A stretch of DNA of 64,000 bases from positions 25,668,001 to 25,732,000 of the forward strand of contig NC_043010.1 in assembly GCF_006345805.1 (NCBI RefSeq), written 5' to 3'. Below the pieces are notes generated by a model. It was given only the letters and a program-made list of their open reading frames with translations. It did no database searches and had not been told where the DNA came from. This DNA is from Octopus sinensis. Its lineage: Eukaryota. The position numbers and the translations under genes are program-made. This document shows, piece after piece, positions 13,670 through 25,624 of the stretch (positions within the stretch are counted from its first letter, which is position 1; every line of letters begins with the position of its first letter).

Positions 13670-14056
13670 TACTCTTACTTGTTTCAGTCATTTGACTGTG
13701 GCCATGCTGGAGCACCACCTTTAGTCAAGCAAATCAACCCCAGGACTTATTCTTTGTAAGCCTAGTACTTATTCTATCGATATCTTTTGCTGAACCACTA
13801 GGTTATGTGGATCTAAACACACCAGCATCGGTTGTCAAGCGATGTTGGGAGGAGAAACTCAGACATACACACACACACACACACATATATACGATGGGCT
13901 TCTTTCAGTTTCCGTCTACCAAATCCACTCACAAGGTGTTGGTCAGCCCGAGGCTATAGTAGAAGACACTTTCCCAAGGTGCCACGCAGTGGGACTGAAT
14001 CCGGAACCATGTGGTTGGTAAGCAAGCTACTTACCACACAGCCACTCCTATGCCTA
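13670..14056 (-). mobile_element. SINE family A, full length, reverse orientation
   Basis: Reverse complement of the family A pattern, ending cagccactcctatgcc. Confidence 0.9.
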
Positions 14057-14906
14057 TTTATTCAAAAAAGTGCAACACCCTTAATCTTTGTAGGTTTTCC
14101 AAGACAGGTTAGAAACCCTGTAGGTTAGTATGATCCCTTGTAAGTTACTTAACTGGTTGTAAAAGGTTGTAAGTAGATCTACCCACAAAACTGAGAAGCT
14201 TCTCGGTACAAGATGGTACTCATGTGATTTGGAACTTTATTTTATTTGGCAGCAAGCATCTGCAGAATAATCTCTTCAACATGTACCCTCTAAAACCCTG
14301 TAGCAGTAAGTGGTCAGAAGCAACGCATCAAGGGAGTAAGTTACTTTCAAATCAGAGTGTAAATGATTGCAAAAGAGTGGCCCCTGCTAAAGGCATCCAA
14401 GGGCCAGAGTGTGATGTTAAATTGAATGATGGGTAACTTGACTACATCCACCTTCCTTAAGGGTCAGCCCTAAGAGTGCCCTAATTTGGAATTCTTTATG
14501 TTCTCTCTATATATCTCTATCCTTGCACACTTTTTCCTTATAAAGATTAATAGGCCCAGGCAAGACTGTACAGTTAAGTTTGCTTTTGAACCACATAAAT
14601 AGAGATTTGGTTCAACTCCATAAACATTGTTGGCTAATGATATTGTTTTGGGTCAACACTCTGCCAGTGAAACTGAGAGATGGAAACTGAAAGAAGCCTA
14701 TCATGTTCATTTGTGTGTGTGTGTGTGTGTGTATGTGTGTATGCAATGGCAGACATGGCTGCATGGTAAGAAGCTTGTTTCCCAACCACATGATTCTGGG
14801 TTCAGTTCCACTGTATGGCACCTTGGGCAAGTGTCTTCTACTGTTGCCTTGGGTCAACAAAAGCTTTGTGAGTGGACTTGGTAGAGGGAAACTGAAAGAA
14901 TCCCAT

Positions 14907-14939
<33 letters not shown>

Positions 14940-15279
14940 CAGCCATCACCTATTTCCAAGTAAGATAATAATGTCCATATGGCCAGACATATTTTCATGG
15001 ATGATTGGAAACAAATGCTACTTGTATAATAGTGATGCTCATTTACAACTATTACATGATATCAAGACAAGGAAAAAGTCAACACACACACACATACATA
15101 CACACACACAGTGGGTTTCATTCAGTTTCCAGTTACCAAAAACATTTGCAAGACTTTTGTCAGACTGAGGTTGTATCAGAAAATGCATGCCCAAAGTGTC
15201 ATGCTATGGAATAGAATCTGAAACTATGTGCGTGTGTGTGTATGCATGTGTGTGTGATGTGCGTGTATGTGTATATGTA

Positions 15280-15336
<57 letters not shown>

Positions 15337-15517
15337 TATATATTATATATATATATATATAGATATATATATATATATTATATATATATATATATATATT
15401 ATATATTTAATATATATATATATAAAATATTATTAGAGACAAAACCACTATTTTGCAAAACAAACAAGGAAAGACTTAATCAATACATAAAATTTTAATA
15501 AATAGTCAAAAAAACCG

Positions 15518-15560
15518 CCACTACAATCGTTTCTTGTCTTGATCGACAATCTTCAGGTGG
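15518..15560 (-). ncRNA. Mirror copy of the hammerhead motif in the left arm of palindrome 1
   Basis: Reverse complement of 15612-15654. Confidence 0.8.
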
Positions 15561-15611
15561 ACTTCCAATAAGTCAGTTTCATTCATAATTTGAAACTGAC
15601 TTATTGGAAGT

Positions 15612-15654
15612 CCACCTGAAGATTGTCGATCAAGACAAGAAACGATTGTAGTGG
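15612..15654 (+). ncRNA. Minimal type I hammerhead ribozyme motif (predicted cleavage after A15650)
   Basis: CCAC-CUGAAGA-UUGUC(GAUCAA)GACAA-GAAA-C(GAUU)G-UA-GUGG: 4-bp helix I, intact CUGANGA and GAAA core, 5-bp helix II, 2-bp helix III, GUA triplet. Confidence 0.8.
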
Positions 15655-15878
15655 CGGTTTTTTTGACTATTTATTAAAATTTTATGTATTGATTAAGTCT
15701 TTCCTTGTTTGTTTTGCAAAATAGTGGTTTTGTCTCTAATAATATTTTATAATATTTACTATAAAATTGGATTTAATCCTAAATCTGATTTTTTTCCCTG
15801 TAAATTTGGATTTATTCCCTATATTTATTATTATATATAATATATATATATCTATATATATATATATTTATACATGTA

Positions 15879-15920
<42 letters not shown>

Positions 15921-16093
15921 TTATACATGTATATATATATTCTTTATACATGTATATATATATATCTTTATACATATATATATATATACATACATTACTG
16001 TAAACTGGTTTCCTAAGTCTGGAGGAGAAGATTGGAATATTTCTCTCTCGCTCTCACCCTATACATATAAGTAAATATATATATATATATATA

Positions 16094-16998
16094 CGAGGGG
16101 CGTTCAATAAGTAATGCCTCTGACCCACTTCCCATAGCAGTAGAGCAACGAAACATAGCACAGTCTTTTTCTACATAGGAACCACCCAGAGTTACGTATT
16201 TCTCCCATCGTTTGATGCAGCTCTGGAGACCGTTTTTGTAGAAGACCTCAGCTTGGTCCTCCAACCACAACGTGACTTCAGAAATCAAGGCTGCATCATC
16301 TGGGAAATGCTTTCCTTTCAAAAACAACTTCATGGATGGGTAGAGGTGAAAATCAGAGGGTGCAAGGTCAGGAGAGTAGGGAAATTTTGACTCATCTTCT
16401 TGGCACATCTCCAAATTCATCCTCGAGCACTCGACACATTCTTGCTTCTGGAAAGGTGTGAGCAACCTGGGAATCCATCTGGCAGACACCTTTTGCATAT
16501 GCAAATGGTCATGAATGATAGTTTCCACAGACCCGGTACTAATCTTGACCTGATGGGCTATTTGGCGAATTGTTATGCGTCGATCTTCCAAAATGGCAGC
16601 CTCAACTTGACGGACAGATGCCTCATCAATGGCAGAAAGGAGGCGACCAGATCTGGGAGCTGTTTCCACAGAGTTCCGACCATGTTTGAATTCACGATGC
16701 CAGCGTTTTACAAGGTCATATGATGGGGCATCATCACCATAAGTTACTTTCATTTCAGCAAAAGTCTCCCGTAGTGTGCGTCCTTTCAAATACAAAAACC
16801 GGATCACTGCTCAACACTCAACAGGCTCCATTTCATACTTGACTCAGTTCAAACACCTGTAAATCAGAAACCACAATTAGTTCAGAGCTGTAATTTGCCA
16901 CTTAATCTATAGAGATATAAATAATTGCACATGTAAAATTTCAGCTAGATCAAACAACTGCAAGTGGGTCAGGGGGATTACTTATTGAACGTCCCTCG
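16094..16998 (-). mobile_element. Mariner transposon, internally deleted non-autonomous copy
   Basis: About 37-bp TIRs (cgaggggcgttcaataagtaatgcctctgacccactt / aagtgggtcagggggattacttattgaacgtccctcg) with TA on both sides. The transposase has an HTH region, WIPRLLT and PYSPDLAPSDF. Confidence 0.95.
16150..16830 (-). pseudogene. Mariner transposase remnant lacking most of the catalytic domain
   Basis: MEPVEC*AVIRFLYLKG has a premature stop at codon 7. CQEDESKF is joined in frame directly to PYSPDLAPSD, so the region holding the first two catalytic Asp residues is absent. Confidence 0.85.
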
Positions 16999-17419
16999 TA
17001 TATATATATATTTTTATATTTCACAAAATTTTCCAGCTTGTCTTACTTGTGTATAATCCAATTTTTCTATTCTCTGTGTTTTTTAAAAAAAAAGTGCTTT
17101 CCTGTCTCCTTTTCCACTTTCTTTCACAACTTTCATGTAAACATCATTTACATGTGTGTGTGTGTTTGTACATGCGTACGTGAGTCTGTGTGTGTGCATC
17201 ATCTGTGTATGTTTGTGTGAGCATGCATACGTTTGTGTGTGCAGTTGCTTTCCTTGACTTGCAAAGACATACTCATGTTTTTGCCTCCACATATTATCTT
17301 AGTTAAGAAGAAAATGGCTTGATCATTTTAATTCATATTTTTTCTATTGCAAACCTTCTCTGAACTGCTGGATCTACACACTGGAGTGAATTTTGTGAAT
17401 CCACTCCTTCTTCCATTCG

Positions 17420-17731
17420 CCTGCTCTCCTCCTTTTGTCTTTCTTTCCTCTTACCTCTCTCTCACTTCTCTCATGTCATCTCCTTTTTCTCTTTCCTCTC
17501 TCTCTTGTCCCCTCGTTTCTTTATTCTCTCTCTCTCTCTGTCTTGTGTCAATTTCTTCATCTTCCTTTTCTTTCTCTCTCACTCCCCCTCTCTCCTGTCA
17601 TCTCCTTTACTTTCTCTTTCTCCCTGCTCTGTCTCCAATCACCTTCTTTATCTCTCTTTCTCTTATTCGTCTCTCTCTTTCCTCTCACCTCTTTATCTCT
17701 TTTTGTCATCTCTTCTGCTCTTTTCTGTCAT

Positions 17732-17802
<71 letters not shown>

Positions 17803-17990
17803 TTCTCTCTCTCTCTCCTATCACATTATTTCTTTGTTTCCCTCTCTCTTTTTCTCCTTCTTTCTCACTCTCTTTTTCTCCTTCTCTCCCTTTCTCTCTC
17901 TATCATCACTCACCCTTTTTACATCCTCTTCCTACCTCTTGATGTCCCCCTAATACTCCACCCCCTTCTCTTTTCTGCAATTCTTGCCTG
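17420..17990. repeat. ~570-bp polypyrimidine (CT-rich) tract
   Basis: Almost exclusively C/T on the plus strand, including (CT)n runs. Confidence 0.9.
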
Positions 17991-18275
17991 GTCCATCCAT
18001 CAAACCATCCATCCATCCAGCCAGCCAGCCAGTCGGCCATCCATGCATGCATTCATGCATGCATGGATGTATGTGTGTCCCAAGAAAGATGTTCTTTAAA
18101 TAGTAGCTCCACTGTTTGCCAGATTCAAATACATTTGCAATCACCTTTCATTTATATTAGTCACTGGCACCAAATTATTGATTTTTGCATCCCAATAACA
18201 CCACTTATTTAATAATTCTCTGCTGTTGTAATCACACACTCACACACATAAACACCCATGCACATACATACATAC

Positions 18276-18341
<66 letters not shown>

Positions 18342-18431
18342 TATGTATAATGTATGTATATGTATGTATGTATAATATACATATACATATATACATGTAT
18401 ATACGTATATATAATATACGATATATATATT

Positions 18432-18488
<57 letters not shown>

Positions 18489-18599
18489 TTCATGTAGGCC
18501 AATGCATATGCTGATACTGAATGTTGATAACAACGACAGCGACAGCGAAAATGTTTATTGCTGTGATGATGATGATGATGACAACAGCTTCGATGACAA

Positions 18600-18649
18600 T
18601 ATTTATAATATACATATAGATGATAACTGCAACAACAAAACAAGAGTTG

Positions 18650-18707
<58 letters not shown>

Positions 18708-18735
18708 ATAATAATAATAATAATAATAATAATTG
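18600..18735. repeat. (TAC)n(TAA)n compound trinucleotide microsatellite
   Basis: Direct reading. Confidence 0.9.
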
Positions 18736-18867
18736 CATAGAGTCATACATTTGTATTAGATGTTTTGTAGATCGTATACACCTCACCCCCAAAAAAAGCT
18801 GCTGCACTTTTAACAGCATTTAGTTGTGTTCTTCGCTATCTCTTTCTCTTTCTTTCTATCTTCTTTC

Positions 18868-18935
<68 letters not shown>

Positions 18936-19081
18936 CTCATCTTCCATTTCTCTCTCCCATTTTAGTTTTTTCCTAAAAAATATCTTTGACTCAGCTTGCC
19001 TGTTAGCTGGTCGGTTGGTCGGCTGGCTTGGCTTGGCTTGGCTTGCTTACTTGAGTGCGTGTGTGTGCATATGAGTGTGTT

Positions 19082-19124
<43 letters not shown>

Positions 19125-19433
19125 TGTCTGAAGAGAAGCTGTTTGTTGTTTGTTTATTATAATGAAAGAAAAGAGGAATATCTCATGTGCAAGTGTGTGT
19201 GTGCATATACATGTACATTTATCCATCCATCCAACCATCTATCTACACACACACACACACACACACATGTACATGTTTATGAGAAAGAGAGAGAGAGAAA
19301 GAGTGAGGGAGAGAGATACTTCAGATTTGGTAAACATGGCAACCCAGGCTAAACTCTCAGCCTTTTGTGATGCAGACTCATTATTATCATTATCATCATT
19401 ATCATCATTATTATCATTATTATTATTATTATT

Positions 19434-19471
<38 letters not shown>

Positions 19472-20139
19472 TCATCATCATCATCATCATCATCATTACA
19501 ATATTGAGGTCATTGATTGAGATAGGCCACTTCAGGTGGAGGGGGTTAGGACCAAGGGTGTATGTGGGTGCAGATGTGTATACACCAGTGAGTGTGATTC
19601 TGCGCATGTATATGCAACACATGGTCATAGATTATAAGCAACATTTCTCTTTTCATCTGTTTTTTTTGTGTGTGATTTTGGAGGAGTTTTTCTTGTCTAT
19701 TCTATTTTTTTTACCTTTTCTTTTTCCTTTCTTTTTTTTTAAGTTCTTTTTGTTTTGTCTTGATGTTGTTTATTGTTCCACACTGATTTTTTAATACATT
19801 TACACTCCTGCTTTCAGTCGTATTTTCCTTATCACACGCATGCACATACACACGGGCACACACACATACACATGTACAAGTGTGTGTACATACATACATA
19901 CATACATATAGATACCTATATATATATATATATATATTTATATACATATACATATATATATATATATATATACATACACACATACACACAATATGCATAT
20001 ATATGTGTGTGTATGTAAATTCACAAATATACTTAATTTGTTCTCTTCATATAAATCAAATCACACATACATACATACAGCCAAATATATACACACAATC
20101 ACACATACAAACGCACACCCTTTTCTCTCTTTCTCTTTC

Positions 20140-20183
<44 letters not shown>

Positions 20184-20444
20184 CAAACACATTTATTTTA
20201 TATGTCTTCGATTTCATTCCCTGTACCACCACCACCACCACCACCACTTCTCATGCACCTCCGCATATTTCTTCATTCCCATCAACAGGGATTTAGTTAC
20301 TGTCGAAGCTGTGATTGCAACCTTACCCACATCTCTGCTGCCATTTGTGACTGCTGCTAGCAGAGATCTTAAGGAAAAAGCATTCATAATATAGAATATG
20401 TTTCAACACTTACTTCCTGACACTTGTTTCCTTCTCTTTCTCTC

Positions 20445-20501
<57 letters not shown>

Positions 20502-21980
20502 CCTATCTGTTTCCCTCTATCTATCCTTCTGTTTATGCTATTCCTTCTGATTCCACTAAAGGCTATTAGTAGATTACATGTGTTAAAAAAAAAACAATAA
20601 CTAAAGCTGACCAGAGAAGCAAGTGCTTGTAACTTTAGTAATGTTTAATTAATTTTTGGTTTGGAGTAGAGACTCTGAACTTAAAACATTGGCTGACAAT
20701 AGAACTAACACATATTTAGAACATGACTTGTGTAAAGGTGTGTAAGGGGAGAGGGTTAAATATTTATCTTTCGCTATCGGTACTGGTGAGTGATGTCATT
20801 TTTTGGGTGAGTGAGTTGGCTCTGTGTCCACATTTGGTCAACAGTGTTGAGCCATGGAAATAGCACCTGTGCTGGCACCATATAAATAAAAAGCACCCAC
20901 TACACTCTGTAAAGTGTACTGGGTGCTTTTTTTTTTATATGGTTAGCATTAGGAAGGGCATCCAGCCATAGAAACCATACCAGAACAGAAGACTGGTGCC
21001 TGATGCTGCCCTCCAGCTTTGCCAATTCCTGTCAAACTGCCCAACCCACGCCAGCATGGAAGATGAATGTTAGAAGAAGAAAAAGGAGGAGGAAGGGTAT
21101 CCACCATCCTACATCTGCTGTTAACCTCCTTGATTCCAATACCTGAACAAAAGTATATGTCTTCAGTATGTCTATCTTCCCTTACTGAGTACTCTCTTTA
21201 CTATAAATGTTAGGCACCCACTTTGAATGCTGGTACCATAATGGAAAGCCCAGCCCAGCCCCTCCCCCACTGTGCATTCATTATCATGACTGGTGAGTGA
21301 CCTGAGGTAAAGAAAGGTTGAGATGTCTCTTAATCTTGGTCTACCAAAGATTTGACAACCTCCCTAGAGCTGGTGCCACCAAGTGCACACTGCAAAGTAG
21401 ATGGCAAGCATTTAGAGAAAGTATAGGGTTTTGAGGTGCTTTTAGTCCTATCTGCCACTCTAGGACTGGTGCTGCAAGAAAATGCATCCAGTAAACTCTG
21501 TGACAGGAAGGGCATCAGGATATGGAACCCAAACAAAAACAACATGAACAAACATCAGTCTGTGAGAGTAGTTGCTCCCAGTAGAAAATAATTCAGAATA
21601 TGATGATCCACCTAACCCATGCCAGCATGGAAAGTAGACATAAAATGATGATGCAATACACACACACACACACACACACACATAAATACACATACATAGG
21701 CAGACAGACTGACTGAGGGATACATAGATAGAGATGGCGCAGCCTTCCAGCATGCCATTCCAGTCAAACCGTCCAACCCATGCCAGCATGGACAACAGAA
21801 GTTAAATGATGATGATGATATATATATATATATTTTCAGTTCAAATCTTTTGAAGACCACCTTTGTCTTTCACCTTCCAGGGATTAATGAAATATAGTAC
21901 CAGTCAAGTACTGTGGTTGACGTTATTGACTGCCCCTCCTCTCAAAATACTTGGCCTTGTGCATAAACTACAAACTATTT

Positions 21981-22013
<33 letters not shown>

Positions 22014-22048
22014 AAATAGAAGAGAGAGAGAGAGAGAGAGAGAGGTAC

Positions 22049-22100
<52 letters not shown>

Positions 22101-22959
22101 TGTTTGTGTCTCTATGCATTCATTTATGCATATGTGTGTGTGTGTGTGTGTAATTCTTCTTGTGCTATTAATAAATGCATTTAAAGTCATTTTTAATTCA
22201 GATATATTCACAATTTCAGACATTTCCATCTCTTTCGAAAACAGGTGTTTTAGAACTGAACGCTGTTGCCAATAGCAACCTGGAGCTCATTTCGGCAGTT
22301 CTTTTTTTATTAAATTTTAAATTTTTATCTGAGAACAAATGTCCTGTGAAATTCATCATCGTTTTCATTATCATATTTATCATCAGTCTCTTCATCATCA
22401 TCATCATCATCATCATCATCGTTATTATGATCACTATCAGCACATTTTCATATTGTTATAATTACCATCACACGCCAACAAAACAGCTTCTACATGGTCA
22501 CCCATACTGCTAGACAAAGCAGCCAGTTTCTCTTAAATAATGCACTACAATCATAAGGAAAATGATATATTGGGTCATGTAGTCCAGTATATACTGTATG
22601 ATTCATAAAACAAATATGGTTGTCATGGTTGGAATGCCTTTTTTTAATCATAGGTCTGCTCCTTCAAAGCTGATATAGTTCTAGATAATAACATCACCTT
22701 CATCGTCCCTCTTATCACAATCATCAATGCATGCATGTGTGTGTGTGTGTGTATTTGTATGTCTGTTTGTTCCTCCACCATTGCTTGACAATTGATGTTG
22801 GTGTGTTTATGTCCCTTAACCTAGCAGTTTGACGAAAGAGGCCAACAAAATAAGTAGTAGGCTTACAAAGAATAATTCCTGGGGGTGAATTGTTCGACTA
22901 AAGGCAGTGCTCCAACATCTACCTTGCAATGTCATTCTATAAAATGAAGAATCGATTAT

Positions 22960-23300
22960 AGGTGCAGGCATAGCTGTGTGGTAAGAAGCTTGCTTCCCAA
23001 CCATATGGTTCCAGGTTCAGTCGACCAAAGTCTTGCAAGTGGATTTGGTAGATGGTGTGTGTGTGTGTGTGCATGCATGCATGTGTGTATGTATTTGTAT
23101 CTCTGTGTTTGTTCCCCCACCAATGCTTGACAACCGATGTTGGTGTGTTTACATCCCCGTAACCTAGCAGTTTGACAAAAGAAACCAACAGAATAAGTAA
23201 TAGGCTTACAAAGAATAAGTCCTGTGGTTGAATTTTCGACTAAAGGTGGTGCTCCAGCATGGCCACAGTTAAATGTCAATTAAAAGAACAAAAGAATCAA
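22960..23300 (+). mobile_element. SINE family A (internally deleted), preceded by a 3'-half copy at about 22730-22920
   Basis: Family A head and tail motifs. Confidence 0.8.
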
Positions 23301-23390
23301 ACTGAAATCTCAAAGCTATAAGATAAATGTATGATTAATTCAAAGTAATGTGGATAAATAAACATCACATTTGAGAGAATGATTTGAATG

Positions 23391-23592
23391 TGTTGTAGGG
23401 AATTAGTAACAATGCTACACCCCTCCTATGTGATGAATGGAATAACCTAGTCACTATAAGTAAAGAAAAGTATGTGAAGTACCAGAGTACGTAGTAGGCG
23501 GTCAGAGATAGTTTTGTCTTTATTGGTTTTACTAAGTATACTGTACACCAAAGTGGGCATTATAACAATCCAACAGTTTAAGGATTATAACT
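23391..23592 (+). repeat. 5' LTR
   Basis: TGTTG...TATAACT, homologous to 26534-26735. Confidence 0.9.
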
Positions 23593-23593
23593 A

Positions 23594-23605
23594 TGGTGAT
23601 GAGGA
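23594..23605 (+). other. Primer-binding site of the Gypsy element
   Basis: TGG-starting tggtgatgagga 1 nt after the 5' LTR. Confidence 0.7.
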
Positions 23606-23736
23606 TTTAAACAACTCACGAGGCATTAATTAACTCAATGAGGATAAACCAATTCACATGGAGGTAATAGAAACTCGAAGAGGAGTTAATAAACTCACAA
23701 AGTTGGTGTATGAATTTTATGAAAAATTGTCAAAGT

Positions 23737-25030
23737 ATGGAAAATTTGTTGGCAGGTTTGCTGGAGTTGTAAAAACAGCAACAACAGCAGCTGAACAAAC
23801 AACAACAACAACAACAGCAGATACAACTGCAAGAGCAACAACAGAAGCAGTGACAACAACAACAAATAATATTACAGCAACAAATGCTGCAATGACTGAA
23901 ATCATCAAGAAATTGAGAAAAAGTGTTCTCAACTGTCTGTTTCACAAACTCCATAAGAGACATGTAATGGCCCAGTGGTTAGGGCAGCGGACTCTTGGTC
24001 GTAAGATCACAGTTTCAATTCCCAGACCGGGTGTTGTGAATGTTTATTGAGTGAAAACACCTAAAGCTCCATGAGGCTCCGGCAGGGGATGGTGGTGAAC
24101 CCTGCTGTACAAAGATAGGCGTAGGAGTGGCTGTGTGGTAAGTAGCTTGCTTACCAACCACATGGTTCTGGGTTCAGTCCCACTGCGTGGCACCTTGGGC
24201 AAGTCTCTTCTACTATAGCCTTGGGCCGACCAAAGCCTTGTGAGTGGATTTGGTAGATGGAAACTGAAAGAAGCCCGTCATATATATGTATATATATTTA
24301 TATGTATGTTTGTGTGTCTGTGTTTCTCCTCCCAACATCGCTTGACAACCGATGCTGGTGTGTTTACATTCCTGTATCTTAGCGGCTCGGCAAAAGAGAC
24401 CGATAGAATAAGTACTAGGCTTACAAAGAATAAGTCCTGGGGTCGACTTGCTTGACTAAAGGTGGTGCCCCAGCATGGCCACAGTCAAATGACTGAAACG
24501 AGTAAAAGAGTAACAGAGTTCAAATACGAACCTGATGAAGGAGTTACCTTGGAGCCTGATGAAGGAGTTACTTTGGAAGCATACTACAGAAGATATGAGC
24601 AAATCTTCAAGAAAGAATGTAAAGATTGGGATGATGAGATGAAAACATGCTTAATTTTGAGAAAACTGGTGGCAACAGAACATGAGCATTAAAACAATTA
24701 TATACTCCCAAGAAACCCTTCGGACATAAACTTTAATGACACAATAGATATATTGTGTAAAATTTTTAATGAAAAAGGCTCATTGTTCAACACATATTGG
24801 AAGTGTCTGAACATAGAGAAAAACAACGATGAGGACTACATCACATCATATGCTGGTAGAGTTAACAGGGAATGCCAAGCAGTTTAAGCTGGATGAATCA
24901 ATGCCAGATGTGTTGAAATGCCTGATTTTTACACAGGGACTTACTGTCAAAAAGGATGCAGGAGTTAGAACTAGAATTCTCACAAAGCTGGAACAAAACC
25001 AGGATGTAACCCTACAGCAAGTGTCCATTT
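23737..25030 (+). pseudogene. gag: gag remnant (Gln-rich N-terminus, interrupted by SINEs)
   Basis: MENLLAGLLEL*KQQQQQ... from 23737. After the SINEs it reads FKYEPDEGVTLE..YYRRYEQIFKKECKDWDDEMKT.., then YAGRVNREC and LIFTQGL. Confidence 0.7.
24115..24512 (+). mobile_element. SINE family A nested in the Gypsy gag (a family C head fragment lies just upstream at about 23960-24110)
   Basis: Complete family A copy between gag segments. Confidence 0.9.
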
Positions 25031-25129
25031 AAAGAAGTGGAATGGTTTTGTTGTGGAAATAGAGGACATATAAAAATGCATTGTAGAATGAAGATGACAA
25101 AACATTAGAACAAAGGAAAAAGAATAGAT

Positions 25130-25450
25130 AGTATGTCATTGGTAAAAATTGGTAATATAACGATGAGAAAATTCGCGAAGGTGAAAATCAGAAATACAAG
25201 TGTTAAAACGAAATTAGATACTGGAAGTAATATCAACATTATAAGTGAAAAAAATGTGGAAATATGTTGGTAAGCTGAAATTTTATTAAATCTAAAAAGA
25301 TAGCACATCGTGTTATGAGAAAAAAATTATATTTTTTCAGTGAATTCATATGCAATGTAGCATTCCGAGGTCAAACAAAAAAGGCAAAGATATATGTATT
25401 AAAAGATTCACTTAATCTGTTTGGCACAGAGTGGATGGAACTATTCAAAG
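25130..25450 (+). pseudogene. Retropepsin-like aspartic protease remnant
   Basis: VKTKLDTGSNINIISEK contains the LDTGS catalytic motif, with stops and frameshifts nearby. Confidence 0.8.
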
Positions 25451-25624
25451 TATGGAATACGCCCATAAGTGTTTTGTGTGGAAATACAAGTCAGTTCAGT
25501 TGAAAGTTTTGAATGTGGCTGGGGGACTGAAACAAAAAATTGCAGTAAAACAGAGTAGAACACCTGTCTGTAAGCCAAAATGAAATGAAAAGTTGCCTGC
25601 CATAAAAAATAAACATTGTTCAAA

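Larger units (their letters stand above)
15421..15751. mobile_element. Perfect fold-back palindrome 1 (161-bp arms, 9-nt loop) in (TA)n, probable Penelope-like element terminus
   Basis: 15421-15581 is the reverse complement of 15591-15751 by manual comparison, with loop ttcataatt. It is flanked by (TA)n and each arm contains a hammerhead motif. Confidence 0.85.
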
